From NCBI GenBank assembly GCA_964035545.1, contig OZ037768.1, forward strand, positions 620,001 through 684,000: DNA of 64,000 nt. The letters run 5' to 3'. Source of the DNA: Bugula neritina. Its lineage: Eukaryota; Animalia; Bryozoa. A model generated the notes under the pieces. That model was given only the letters and a program-made list of their open reading frames with translations, had not been told where the DNA came from and made no database searches. A program made the translations under genes and the position numbers. This document shows, one piece after another, positions 40,001 through 51,700 of this stretch (positions within the stretch are counted from its first letter, which is position 1; every line of letters begins with the position of its first letter).

Positions 40001-42613
40001 CTCAAGTCAGAGAGGTGAGTCATACTCAAGTTAGAGAGGTGAGTCATACTCTAGTCAGAGAGGTGAGTCATACTCTAGTCAGAGAGGTGAGTCATACTCA
40101 AGTTAGAAAGGTGAGTCATGCTCCAGTCAGAGAGGTGAGTCATACTCCAGTCAGAGAGGTGAGTCATACTCAAGTCAGAGAGGTGAGTCATACTCTAGTC
40201 AGAGAGGTGAGTCATACTCAAGTTAGAAAGGTGAGTCATGCTCCAGTCAGAGAGGTGAGTCATACTCCAGTCAATGAGGTGAGTCATACTCAAGTTAGAG
40301 AGGTGAGTCATACTCAAGTCAGAGAGGTGAGTCATACTCTAGTCAGAGAGGTGAGTCATACTCAAGTTAGAAAGGTGAGTCATGCTCCAGTCAGAGAGGT
40401 GAGTCATACTCCAGTCAGAGAGGTGAGTCATACTCCAGTCAGAGAGGTGAGTCATACTCAAGTCAGAGAGGTGAGTCATACTCAAGTCAGAGAGGTGAGT
40501 CATACTCCAGTTAGAGAGGTGAGTCATACTCAAGTTAAAGAGGTGAGTCATACTCAAGTCAGAGAGGTGAGTCATACTCAAGTTAGAGAGGTGAGTCATA
40601 CTCCAGTTAGAGAGGTGAGTCATACTCAAGTTAGAAAGGTGAGTCATACTCAAGTCAGAGAGGTGAGTCATACTCCAGTTAGAGAGGTGAGTCATACTCA
40701 AGTTAGAGAGGTGAGTCATACTCAAGTTAGAAAGGTGAGTCATACTCAAGTCAGAGAGGTGAGTCATACTCAAGTTAGAGAGGTGAGTCATGCTCCAGTC
40801 AGAGAGGTGAGTCATACTCAAGTCAGAAAGGTGAGTCATACTCAAGTCAGAGAGGTGAGTCATACTCAAGTCAGAGAGGTGAGTCATACTCCAGTCAATG
40901 AGGTGAGTCATACTCAAGTTAGAGAGGTGAGTCATACTCAAGTTAGAAAGGTGAGTCATGCTCCAGTCAGAGAGGTGAGTCATACTCCAGTCAATGAGGT
41001 GAGTCATACTCAAGTCAGAGAGGTGAGTCATACTCCAGTCAGAGAGGTGAGTCATACTCAAGTCAGAGAGGTGAGTCATACTCCAGTCAGAGAGGTGAGT
41101 CATACTCCAGTCAATGAGGTGAGTCATACTCAAGTCAGAGAGGTGAGTCATACTCAAGTCAGAGAGGTGAGTCATACTCAAGTCAGAGAGGTGAGTCATA
41201 CTCAAGTCAGAGAGGTGAGTCATACTCAAGTTAGAGAGGTGAGTCATACTCCAGTCAGAGAGCTGAGTCATACTCAAGTCAGAGAGGTGAGTCATACTCA
41301 AGTCAGAGAGGTGAGTCATACTCCAGTCAGAGAAGTGAGTCATACTCAAGTTAGAGAGGTGAGTCATACTCCAGTCAGAGAGGTGAGTCATACTCAAGTC
41401 AGAGAGGTGAGTCATACTCAAGTCAATGAGGTGAGTCATACTCCAGTTAGAGAGGTGAGTCATACTCCAGTTAGAGAGGTGAGTCATACTCCAGTCAGAG
41501 AGGTGAGTCATACTCCAGTTAGAGAGGTGTGTCATACTCAAGTTAGAGAGGTGAGTCATACTCAAGTTAGAGAGGTGAGTCATACTCAAGTTAGAGAGGT
41601 GAGTCATACTCAAGTCAGAGAGGTGAGTCATACTCAAGTCAGAGAGGTGTATGTTTCAGGGGGCAAGTTACGCTGTCGGTAATGCTGCCTTTCACTCCTC
41701 CAACATCAATGAGAGTCTGCTGCCAGTTGTACCGACTCTCATAAAGCTGCTGACTGACCCCATCGCCAGGACCAGAAGCCATGCTGTCTGTGAGTCAGAT
41801 TATATACAGTGCATATTTATCTTGTATTAAAATGAATTTCCGATATCAATTTATTCATAAAATCAAGTCACTTGTTATTTTATCACCAAGGCAACATAAC
41901 CTTGTGGGGTTATTAACTTTACATTCTTATGTGGAATTGTATCTTTTTAGTTGTAAGTTATAATTATATGCTGACATGTGCTTGCAGGTGCTTTGGGCAA
42001 TCTGATACTACACTCTGAAGATTTGTCAGATGAACTGATCAACCAATCAGCTGTGGCCAGGTGAGTGTCACTCAGGTACTCTCAGTGTTATCAAGTATTC
42101 AGTACTCCAACAGTCAGTCAAGTACTCTAGAGTCACTCAAATACTCTAAGAGTCACTGAGGTACTCTAAGTGTCACTGAAGTACTCTAAGTGTCACTGAA
42201 GTACTCTAAGAGTCACTGAGGTACTCTAAGTGTCAGTGAGTACTCTAAGTGTCAGTGAGTACTCTAAGTGTCAGTGAGTACTCTAAGAGGTGTTATTGTA
42301 TTGCAGTGTCCTTGACCTAGCCTGTTCAGACACTCAGCTGCACGTGCAGGAGTGTGCTCTCTCTACTCTACATGAAATGATACAACACAAGTCCCTCCGA
42401 CAGGATCTCATGAAGCACAAGGCTATCTCCCGACTCTCTCACATATCCTCCACTTCCCCTTCTAAATCCGGCAGTTTAACCGCTCGGTCAACAGGGGGCG
42501 CCCTCAGCGCACGCTCAGCTTACAGCAGCATCGGCAGTATGCGGGCCAATCAGAACATAAGCTATCAATGCGCTCTCCTGGTTAGACAACTCCAAGAGAC
42601 GTCTGCCAACTGA
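26675..42613 (+). CDS. STK36: Serine/threonine-protein kinase 36 (Fused)
   Basis: ATG 26675 ([24 protein letters not shown]). Kinase motifs [31 protein letters not shown]|[39 protein letters not shown]-terminal HEAT/ARM region (DSDHNVRK|[17 protein letters not shown]); stop 42611-42613. About 29 exons. Confidence 0.96.
29185..29770. repeat. 30-bp minisatellite (TAACTGTATACAGTATAACTCTAGTACTAC), ~19 copies, in a STK36 intron
   Basis: Direct copies; the unit contains the palindromes CTGTATACAG and TAGTACTA. Confidence 0.97.
30801..31600. repeat. 20-bp minisatellite (TACTGTGTATACTATATTAC) x40, making up 800 of the 808 nt of a STK36 intron
   Basis: Intron 30795-31602 = gtaacc + 40 units + ag. 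Confidence 0.97.
32180..32552 (+). repeat. 56-bp acceptor-spanning tandem repeat, 6 copies plus a degenerate one
   Basis: ttattattgtag|TATAGAGATG... with the AG ending at 32234, 32290, 32346, 32402, 32458 and 32514. Confidence 0.95.
33867..33935 (+). pseudogene. Degenerate tRNA-Met(elongator)-like sequence (tRNA pseudogene or SINE head)
   Basis: GCCTTGATCGCGCAGTAG-TGCCTCAGTCTCGTAATGTGAAGGTCGCGAGTTTGACCTTCACT resembles eukaryotic tRNA-Met, with a D-arm deletion, anticodon CGT instead of CAT, and a mutated T-loop/B box. Confidence 0.65.
34349..34608 (+). repeat. 27-bp donor-spanning tandem repeat, ~9-10 copies
   Basis: Unit CAACAAGTACCTGCTCT|GTAAGTCACA; the first copy is the real exon end (donor at 34366). 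Confidence 0.95.
35875..37125. repeat. Compound (ACT)n/(AGT) trinucleotide tract, ~1.25 kb, filling a STK36 intron
   Basis: Source of the spurious poly-V and poly-L ORFs; internal block duplications visible. Confidence 0.97.
38455..41646 (+). repeat. 24-bp minisatellite (GTGAGTCATACTCAAGTCAGAGAG) x133 forming essentially an entire STK36 intron
   Basis: First GT at 38455, terminal GT at 41647 (3192 nt = 133 x 24); acceptor AG at 41658-41659. Confidence 0.98.
42120..42290. repeat. 19-20-bp minisatellite (GTACTCTAAGTGTCACTGAA) in the last STK36 intron
   Basis: About 9 tandem copies, degenerating toward the donor. Confidence 0.88.
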
Positions 42614-43271
42614 CATTTCTACTTGCGCAGTATTTATATGGAGTTGTCTTATTTCTCACCATGATATTATCTCTCTAATGTTATCTGTCGATATTTATTG
42701 AATTTAAACACAATGGTGATGTCTGGTTACTATTTTAAGTGATTAAACTGTACGTTAACGTTTTTGTATATACTCTCCTAAAGTCTTGGTTCCTTTTGTA
42801 AATATTTTATAAATTGACTGTGACTTGAAGTTACCGCCACAATATAGCCAGTTTATTCTATGCATATGATATTTTGTATTCACATCACACCAGGCATAGT
42901 GATTACAGTAAGATGTGTGGCTTGCTTTGCTTTCTCCAGCTGTTTTACATTGAACGTATGATGAAATATACATTGCATAGACTTTTATTGAAAACATAAA
43001 AATACATAAACTTGACTTCTTCTAATACTTTGCATAAATACTGAGCAACTCTACTCTTTGGCCGAAATACTGGTTTCTATCAACAATATGTAAAATGTCA
43101 ATATAAAAATATTTTTGTCAACTTGTAAGAAGTTATCTCCTCATTGACTAAAGACTGCTGCATATTCCTACTTGATGCTATATAATATTATGTACAAGTT
43201 TGCTAAAGAACTGGCTGCCTGAGTGAATGAAGAAATGCGACTATGACATCACTTCCTGGAGTTGTGACATA

Positions 43272-46200
43272 TTAGATATCAACCACTGGCGTTCTGTCAT
43301 CGTACACAATTGGTGCATATATGTCGGTGTTGCGGCTTTTCTTCTTAAGGAAGTGGTAATGATGCCGCGGCAGCCGACAGAGAAATATGAACTGGCAGCC
43401 ATCCTAAAACACAGGATGCTTAAAGTAAATCAAACAGCTTTGCATATCATTATAATATATTAGCAGTGGTATCAAAGGCCTTTAGGTTGAGAGTCTATTT
43501 AATATGGTGGCATAGAGTTATGCTACCCTTAGAGCCAAAATATTGATGCAAACATTAACCAAGACACATTTAGTACACTTCACATTGATACTAGTGAGAA
43601 AAAGCAGACGTACTCGGACAAGGAGAGGCAACTCCATCCAGAAGTCTGAGTTGGGCAGACGATCACATCCTGTCCTGCCCTTCACGGTGCCTCTGATCAG
43701 CCCAACAATCAGGTAGACAGAGAAGATAAAGGCTGAGGTGATGAGAATGAGAGATCCAGGGCTAAAGTCATGGTTAGTATATAGTGGTATCCTTGAGTTT
43801 GGTTTGTCATTCAAACAGACGTACTTTGAAGTGTATTCCAGAACCTGTCAATGTCAACAAATACTTCACATGGCGTCTGCTCTGCGTAATACAACTACCA
43901 TGCTGGGTGAAATGAGTCGTTACGTTGGCATCTATACCTTATAAATATAGCACATGCTTATAGCAACTTTCATTTTCTATTGTTGGAAGATTTCACAAGT
44001 ATAAGATATTGCAACAAGCATATCACTCTGCAACAAGCATATCACTCTGCAACAGAACTCATGGTTTTAGTTATCCTGAAGATGGCTAAACTTACGGGTG
44101 AGTACGACCTGCAGCCTGAAACACACTTCAAATAGCCTGAGCTCTGTGACTTGTGACATGTAAGCCTCACTATGGCCTTCTCCCTCGTACTGAAGTAAAC
44201 AATAGTACAACAAGGAGTTATCTTCTCTCATTTTTGCATAGCTGAGTTGTAACAGTAGGACACACAGACAGACATACAGACAGGCACACAGACAGACAAA
44301 AGTAACATAGCAACAAACAAGTAGAGAAAGCTACAGTGAAATGCAGTCAAAAATTTTTCAATTTCACTTCTGTCTAATTGAATCCAGGCATTTATCTGAA
44401 GGATTAGAATCATGTAGATTCAACCTCAGAACCTTGAATGAGCATCTTAACAATCTCACAGATCTCTTACGCTGACTACAAACCCAGGCAGCACACCAGT
44501 TGGTTGTTCCATTCCTCTGGAACTAAAGTTAGCTGTATTTATACTCACTTGTTTCTGTTTATATAGTGAAGCTCCAAGCTGCCGTTAGCGACAGCGAATG
44601 TACCTTCTTGTCCGAGATTGTGACAAACTCGGTTGTTGATGTTTCGAGCCACCTGAATGATACAGATATGTGCTATAGCATGTGTAACTATATAGCGTAT
44701 AATAACAGTATATCACATAGTAACATAGTATTATAATATGTGCAGATTGTATCACAAGGTATATAATATAATGTAATAGATGTAGATTACATTACATAAC
44801 ATCACACATACGTAAGTTTGGTGACAGAAGTTAGAAGACTGCGAGACAGAAGAGGGAAATTCTATATCAAATGGAACACAGGGACTCCACATATATGTTG
44901 GGCTTTCATCTGTAGGTGTAGTATTGTAGTATCTATTAATAGAACACATATCTATTAATAGAACACATATCTATTAATAGAACACATATCTATTAATAGA
45001 ACACATATTATTTTATTAATAAAATATATAATATATTATGATAATACAACGGTTTTTTGTAAGCAGTTAGGAATATGTTTTGTTCAGTCATTAACTAACC
45101 GGTGAAAAGCTAAACATAGCCTGGTTTGTATACATCTATTTTGCTAAAAACTTAAACAACTAAACATAAAGCTATAACAACAGGAACTAAAATATTATGA
45201 TTATTATATACTCCTTACTCATTATACAAACATAAGCTGTACAAACTATTGTCTGTAATCCTGAATAGGTAACCCTATTGTATTGTTATACTGTACAAAC
45301 CTTAGCTATTCATTGCATAGGCACAAAGCGTGTATTCAATTACCGCAAGGAGGCAATAGCTTTTAAAAAAAGACTCAAGGCTGACAAATATTTGTAAGTT
45401 TTTCCCTGTTTAGAATAATATTATGGTACACGTAATTTGAAACAGAAGGAATTTTATCACAGCATCTGCTATTTAGAATGCTTTTGATTACTGTTTGAGT
45501 AGAAGAGAAATTTTAATGAAACATGTTTTCAACTAATTTTAATAATAAATGTCTTGCTTTTGGTCTTTCTGTTCAGATGTTATACTATATTATGTTGTTT
45601 AGTAATATAAAGATACCGTAGTTTACCTGCTACGCTTGACGTATCACCAGCTAGAAGGAATGTGATTTATCATACGAGTTTACTGATAATGTATCAGATA
45701 TGTCTATCCAATGCTTACTAATTGCAGGGTGTTTACTCAGTTACTAGCAGTTGTACCAGCACGTATAGTACCAGTAGTTAATGTAGATGTTACCTCAAGA
45801 CACTAATCTTAAGTATCGCATTAAATTTCTTTAGTCTCCCAACCCACCTGCTTGAACCATCATATTTATCTCAAGCAACTTCAACGCAGGTGTTTGGTGA
45901 TGAAATAACAGCTAAGGAAATGCAGCTCAGTGTGTGTAGCACAGTTGTTCAAGTAGAGGAACAATGAGATCTAATTTTATAAATTAATTTGCTTGCTTCA
46001 TCCACCAATCTAGTACCCAGCTTCTGTTAAACCCCAGCCCCTACTAGATCCCAGCTTCATGGTATCCTTACATAACTAGTATAAAAACAATGAGCGTTAT
46101 GTGTAACTTTGCTGTTGTTTGTTTCTTGTTTTGGCAAGATGATGTTTTGGCAACCAAAAACTGGTTTAGGTTTGAACTAAGGGCTATAAAACCTTGAGAA

Positions 46201-46915
46201 AACAATAAAACACAAGATTTTTCTAATATTTTGGTATTAAATGTTTCTTTCCAAAATTTCAGAAAAAAATAAAGGAAAGTTCTTTGTTCCACACAGCTTA
46301 CCTCGTGTTTATGATGTATACTAGACACTATAGCATACAACCCCTATCCCTAGTTTATCATGTATGTATACTATACACTAGACACTAGACACTAGGCACT
46401 AGACACTATCATTATGACTATAGTATACAGACAATGGCAAGCACACGTATAGCTATAGTGAATAGTTATAGTGAATAGTTATAGTGAATAGTTATAGTGA
46501 ATAGTTATAGTGAATAGTTATAGTGAATAGTTATAGTGAATAGTTATACTTATAGTGATGTTTTACTTTAGTAGTCTGATTGCCTGTCTCTAACCTAATA
46601 GTAATATGCATTTCAAATAGAAACTTCAAACTGAACATTACAATAATTTAAAAGATTTTCAGTGGCTAAACAACCAACCAAATGTAAAGCAGAACACTTT
46701 TGTTATAAACACCACCTAACTTACGGGTTGTTTTTCAATCTTGTGTAATCATCTTTTAGATATATCCATTTAGTTCCAGCATTGGTAGAGAGTTCTGCTA
46801 TGCAGGCCGATTCTTTGCGGTACAGAATATCCCTGACTATCAGATCGGCCAGAGAAAACCGACAAACCGTGAGGAAAGATGAACACCAAAGCAGTTGCTC
46901 AGCAAACGCTTTCAT
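43272..46915 (-). CDS. Cation-dependent mannose-6-phosphate receptor / ATG27-like type I membrane protein
   Basis: Approximate exons: 46725-46915 (signal peptide), 44812-44931 (YMWSPC), 44549-44652, 44096-44189 (AIVRLTC), 43614-43844 (LEYTSKYVC; TM segment SPGSLILI...YLIVG; LPNSDFWMELPLLVR), 43272-43403 (DGCQF...YAPI). All join in frame. Confidence 0.8.
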
Positions 46916-48749
46916 TTTCTCTAAGATGGAAGTTCACAGTATGACTTTCACTACATCTGTGACTAGCAAATCCAGGGTTAGAGTAAACTTTCCCACCTGA
47001 GTACTGAGTAAGAGCAGAAGAGTGCTGGTAGAGCAGACGTAGCAGAATGACTCATTCACTCACCAGGAACAGTAAAGTACTAGCACCGTATTGTCAATAG
47101 AAACACAGCTGTTGATAGTTCAATACACTTTATCACAAAGCAAGAGATAAGCATGAGTAGGTTCAATGAGTCAATTAACAATAACCCTCCCCTCTCAGCC
47201 AACCAAAATTACTCTTTTGTATTCAGTAAATATGCTTGTTTACAATTGCTAATTGAAACTAAACCCTATTGTTAAGCTGAATATTCTTTCGCAATACTGT
47301 CAACACGCAAGCAACAAATTTATGTTAATTTTATGCATTGCAGTAATTTCCTAAATAACATCAGAGGAGATGTAGACAAGCGGTTATGCAATGTGAAACA
47401 CTTATTAGAAGTTGTCCTATTCTAATAGAAACAGACTTGCGCGTTGAAGTAAGTTTCCGAAACAGAAATTGTGGGTTTTTAAAACTTTGCTGCTGAGTGC
47501 AGATATGCAGTAGACTGGCACTATAATGAGGGGGGCAACTTCTTACATCGCCAAAACAATTTTCTACAGCAACAACTTTACAGAAAACAAACCTTCTCAG
47601 TTGTTCCTGTGATGAAAATATATACTAAAAATTAATAAAAAAAAATATTTCAACAAATTATATGCAAAAATGAAGGCAGAGAGTGATTTCAAGTTATCTC
47701 CAGGTGTTTCAAGTTCCGTCAAGTATTTTTAGTTAGTTCAAGTTGTATTTATTATTTCAGGTGTTGATTTATGACAGAAACAAGAGAAAAGGGTGTTTTT
47801 AGTTATACCTAGAGTATAATCTTAAGTTATACTCATGTCCTAGAGTATGTCTCAAGTAATACCTGAAGTCTCTTAGGCTATACCTTGAGTATGTGCGTTG
47901 AATCTAGTTGGTTCCGTTTCTTAGCTTATCAATGATTTTTATTATATTATGTATAACAGATCAAATCTAATGTGAGGTGAAATTAAATAAATTTTATCAT
48001 ATTTTTTATTTAAATTTAAGAAATTTTAATAAAAATAGCTATAACAGCATACGACACTGTAGAAATGCATCATATTATTATAACATATAATATATATGTA
48101 TGGCTATAACAGATGAAATTTATTATTATATTTTAAATATAATACTATATAATATTATAAAATGTGATATTTTGAAGGATTTCATGACTGCAAACTTTCT
48201 GTCCAATCGGTACCTGCATTATATGCTGGGTAATCCCTCATATAAATATAATACATACGTAGACCTTGTGAAAAGCTTCAAGTTATACATATTTTAAGTA
48301 AATTACACAATCCTATATTAAAAGTCATTGTTGTTTTACTAACTCAACTTTGTGTCATTCTACATTGTGTTAGAAATTACCTTACTCTATTATATCATTG
48401 CAACTCTCTAACAATATAAATATAGCAATATATCTCGGTACTCTACAATAGCATATATAACAGAATTTTATCACTATTAGTAACAGGAATGAAAGGTCAA
48501 GGTTAAACAGCTTGCTGACTAAGCTAACCCATTAGATTATGCAATATTTACACTCAGTATTTCCATCAGAAGATTATTTTAGTCTATCACCAACTGGTAG
48601 CTGCTAAGAATATATTTGATGTAGTTGGAGTTATCATTCCTTCTACACTGGTTCATTATAGGAATTGTCTACACTTTATTTTCCTCCGCGTGCGTTGAAG
48701 GAAGAGCTGATATGACTAGACGAGTTGGTCTCACACGGTCTACCCTTCA

Positions 48750-51700
48750 CTATAGTTTCAAGTTTCCATTTTTGTCCACCCTACGATTGTTTTTATTGCT
48801 TTCCATAGTTGCCTTCTCTTTGATCTTTTTGTTTGCATCAGCCAGTTCCTGCCACTTGGACAGATTACTCCTAAAACAAGTTTTAATCAAATAGAAACTA
48901 ACACGAGAAGCTAAGAATGGATATTATTATGTTCTCCTGTGAATCTGTTTTTACTTGGACCTGTTGCTAGGTAACGGTAGTAACAACTTTTACTTACAAG
49001 GCTCCGTCAACCATTGGCTTTGATGCTGGTATGATTTGAGCCAGCAACTCATAGCAGGGGAGACAAATGCCAACTATAAACCCAACCTAAAAATATTTTA
49101 ATAGCGATTATCATTAATTTGTTATGTAAGCCGAATTTATGCTAAATTTATAGTAGAATATGTAAACTTGATTGAGCTCAGGGACTGTACTAAGCCTCTT
49201 ACCTGCACATCTCTAAGATTGCATAGCATGAGGCGCTACTGTGATGCAAAACTCACTCACATTTTATCACACTATGTGCTTCTCGACTGTCGAAATTATA
49301 AAACTTACTGTTTTTCTTGTAATAAACAATTTAATGAAAAGCCTAAAAATCTTGAATAGCCTGTGAAACCTACCTGAGATTCAGGCAGCTGATCAGCCTT
49401 AGTTCTATCCATCATAGCAATAGGAGTTATCCCTTGATCTCTTTCCTCATCTCCCTAATAGCATATAGAGCAACGCTATACTGTAGTCCCAACTCTTTTC
49501 AGCACAGAGAACAAGCAAGGAAATAGAATAGTTGAACAGACCAAATCTGTACAGATTTTTTGAAATAATTTTGTAAACCTTTGATCTAATTGCAACATTT
49601 AAACATCTCAAGACATGGTTTATTCATGTCGCTATATAACTATATTATGTTATATAGCACATATATACGTATTTATATATACACCGTATATATAAACATA
49701 TAGAACAAAATCAAACTATTTATAGCACATATCTAATCAGAAAAAGACACATTAAACAGAAAAGAGAAAATAGAAAAAATCAAGACATGGCAATCAACAA
49801 AAACAGTATATTTGCTATAAGCTGCAGCCACATTTCTAAATAAAGCAGGTAAAACTACAGCAGGTAAATCTACAGCAGGTAAATCTACAGCAGGTAAAAC
49901 TACAGGTGAAGCATTTGGTTTAAGCTCTCAACTTGCATCACACACTGCATGTAGGTGCCCGCTGACTTATGCTACTTTCAAAGTGAATGTAAATAATCAG
50001 GGATGTAGTGGCACCCATACGGTCCCATACGCCGTATGGCCTAGAAGAAAATAGACTGTTCTAGGCCATACGCCCGTATGGGCATAATTATTTTTGAAAG
50101 ATGATTAGTGCACAGGATAGTTTGGGCATCCTCCCTGAGAATATCATAAATTTCGCTCACAATCTAATTTAAGTTCTTGTTATGTTAATGCTATGTGGGT
50201 GGCATGCGTGTTGCCTACTTGTGATTGTTTAGCCTGAGATTACACTATGAATAATATGCAGCCAATGAACTCAATAATTATTCCAATTATTACAATTATT
50301 CCAGCTCAGTGTATGCAGCTATCAACATTCCATCTTCTCATCTCTACGTGTTCATTGAAGCGCGAAGTGCTGTGCATTGGTGATTACTAAGGAAACAATA
50401 TTTCATTTTCAGTGTATAAATCACTAACTTGTAGAAAATCTATGAAGGCTATTGAAAAGATCAAAAAATTTGCAATGCATAAATTTCTCAGGTTTCCGAC
50501 AGTGTTTGTTCTATTCGAATACCATGCTTTCCTGCTGAGATATTTGGCAGGGATTGAAAAATAAATTTTTCAGGTAAAATTGGCCAAAAATGGGTAGATT
50601 TTTGTCTAACTTTGCAAAAAAATATTGAAAACTCAAAAAAAGCAGGTGCTCTGAGGAACAGAGAGATCTAAAACATGGTTTTTAAATTTTAATTCTAGCA
50701 CAATTAAGTGAGGTTTTATTTTGCGGGACTGAATTCTTATAATATACCAATAATGTGGCCTCAGCAAGGCTGTGACAGCTAGAAGGTTGCCCTCATCTAT
50801 CTTGTGTAGACTTGCATTTTGTCAATAAGCAATGGAATTTGGAAAAAACCAACATGAAATCCAGAAATAAAATCAAAATTTCTTCAAGAAACAGTACCAG
50901 GTGTGTAGGAGAGGCTAATGACAATTTATCACTGAGGTCTACAGGTACTATATACACATTTTGGTCAAAAACCTAGCGTTATTGCATGTTAATTATTAAT
51001 GCAATAAGGTTTTGCAAACTGTACACCACCATAAGTAACCTTTTATGTTTATTGTACTAACGTCTGGCTTTAAATTTAATCATTTTCTAGGTTAACACAT
51101 ATTAAACCTGTCAAATTTGTTCTTTTGGGGTATATTTCGTTGTTGTATCTAGCGGAAGCTCAGGGGTTTTATTTTAAAACCAAGTTAACATACTCTTCTT
51201 GGGTGTGCTTTATTGTGTGTAAGGAGGTGTGGCGGTATCACCTTATGGATTAGACTAGTACTCTAATAAACTCCAAATAGTTTTTCAACCAATTTCTGCT
51301 TGCCAATGAGTTATCAATTCAAATTGCTCTTTATAAATAACTAACACACATTTTCTGATTAGCAATCTTCCTCTGTTCTGATCTATTATTCTTTTTCTGT
51401 GCACGGCAGTGTATTAGTTATTTAAAGTAATCAGGTTGCATTTGGAGAGCACTTGTTACCTGCCTCTATCCTTCCATCTTTTTGAGATATTCAGCAATTT
51501 TTCTGTACAGGTTGGACTTAGTGTCAGGACAAACCTAACTGCAGTTGAGTAAGACTACATTACATTACATTACAGTCAAAAGGTATGGGACAAGACTGAA
51601 TATTTATATAGTTTGCAGCAATGCCCAGTCGTCATGTAGCTGGTATGAAAATAATAGTGAGGTGCACATTTCAACAAAGATTTTTTTCAGAAGAATTATA

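Noticed and set aside
38311-41682. 1123-aa VSHTQVRE-repeat ORF (and antisense MTHLSD ORFs) as a stand-alone gene
   Set aside because: It is read-through of a STK36 exon into an intronic 24-bp minisatellite; the flanking exons splice in frame without it. Kept only as a possible alternative-donor product.
45794-45910. AG/GT-bounded segment in the first intron of the M6PR-like gene as a coding exon
   Set aside because: Stop codons in all three frames; the gene splices in frame without it.
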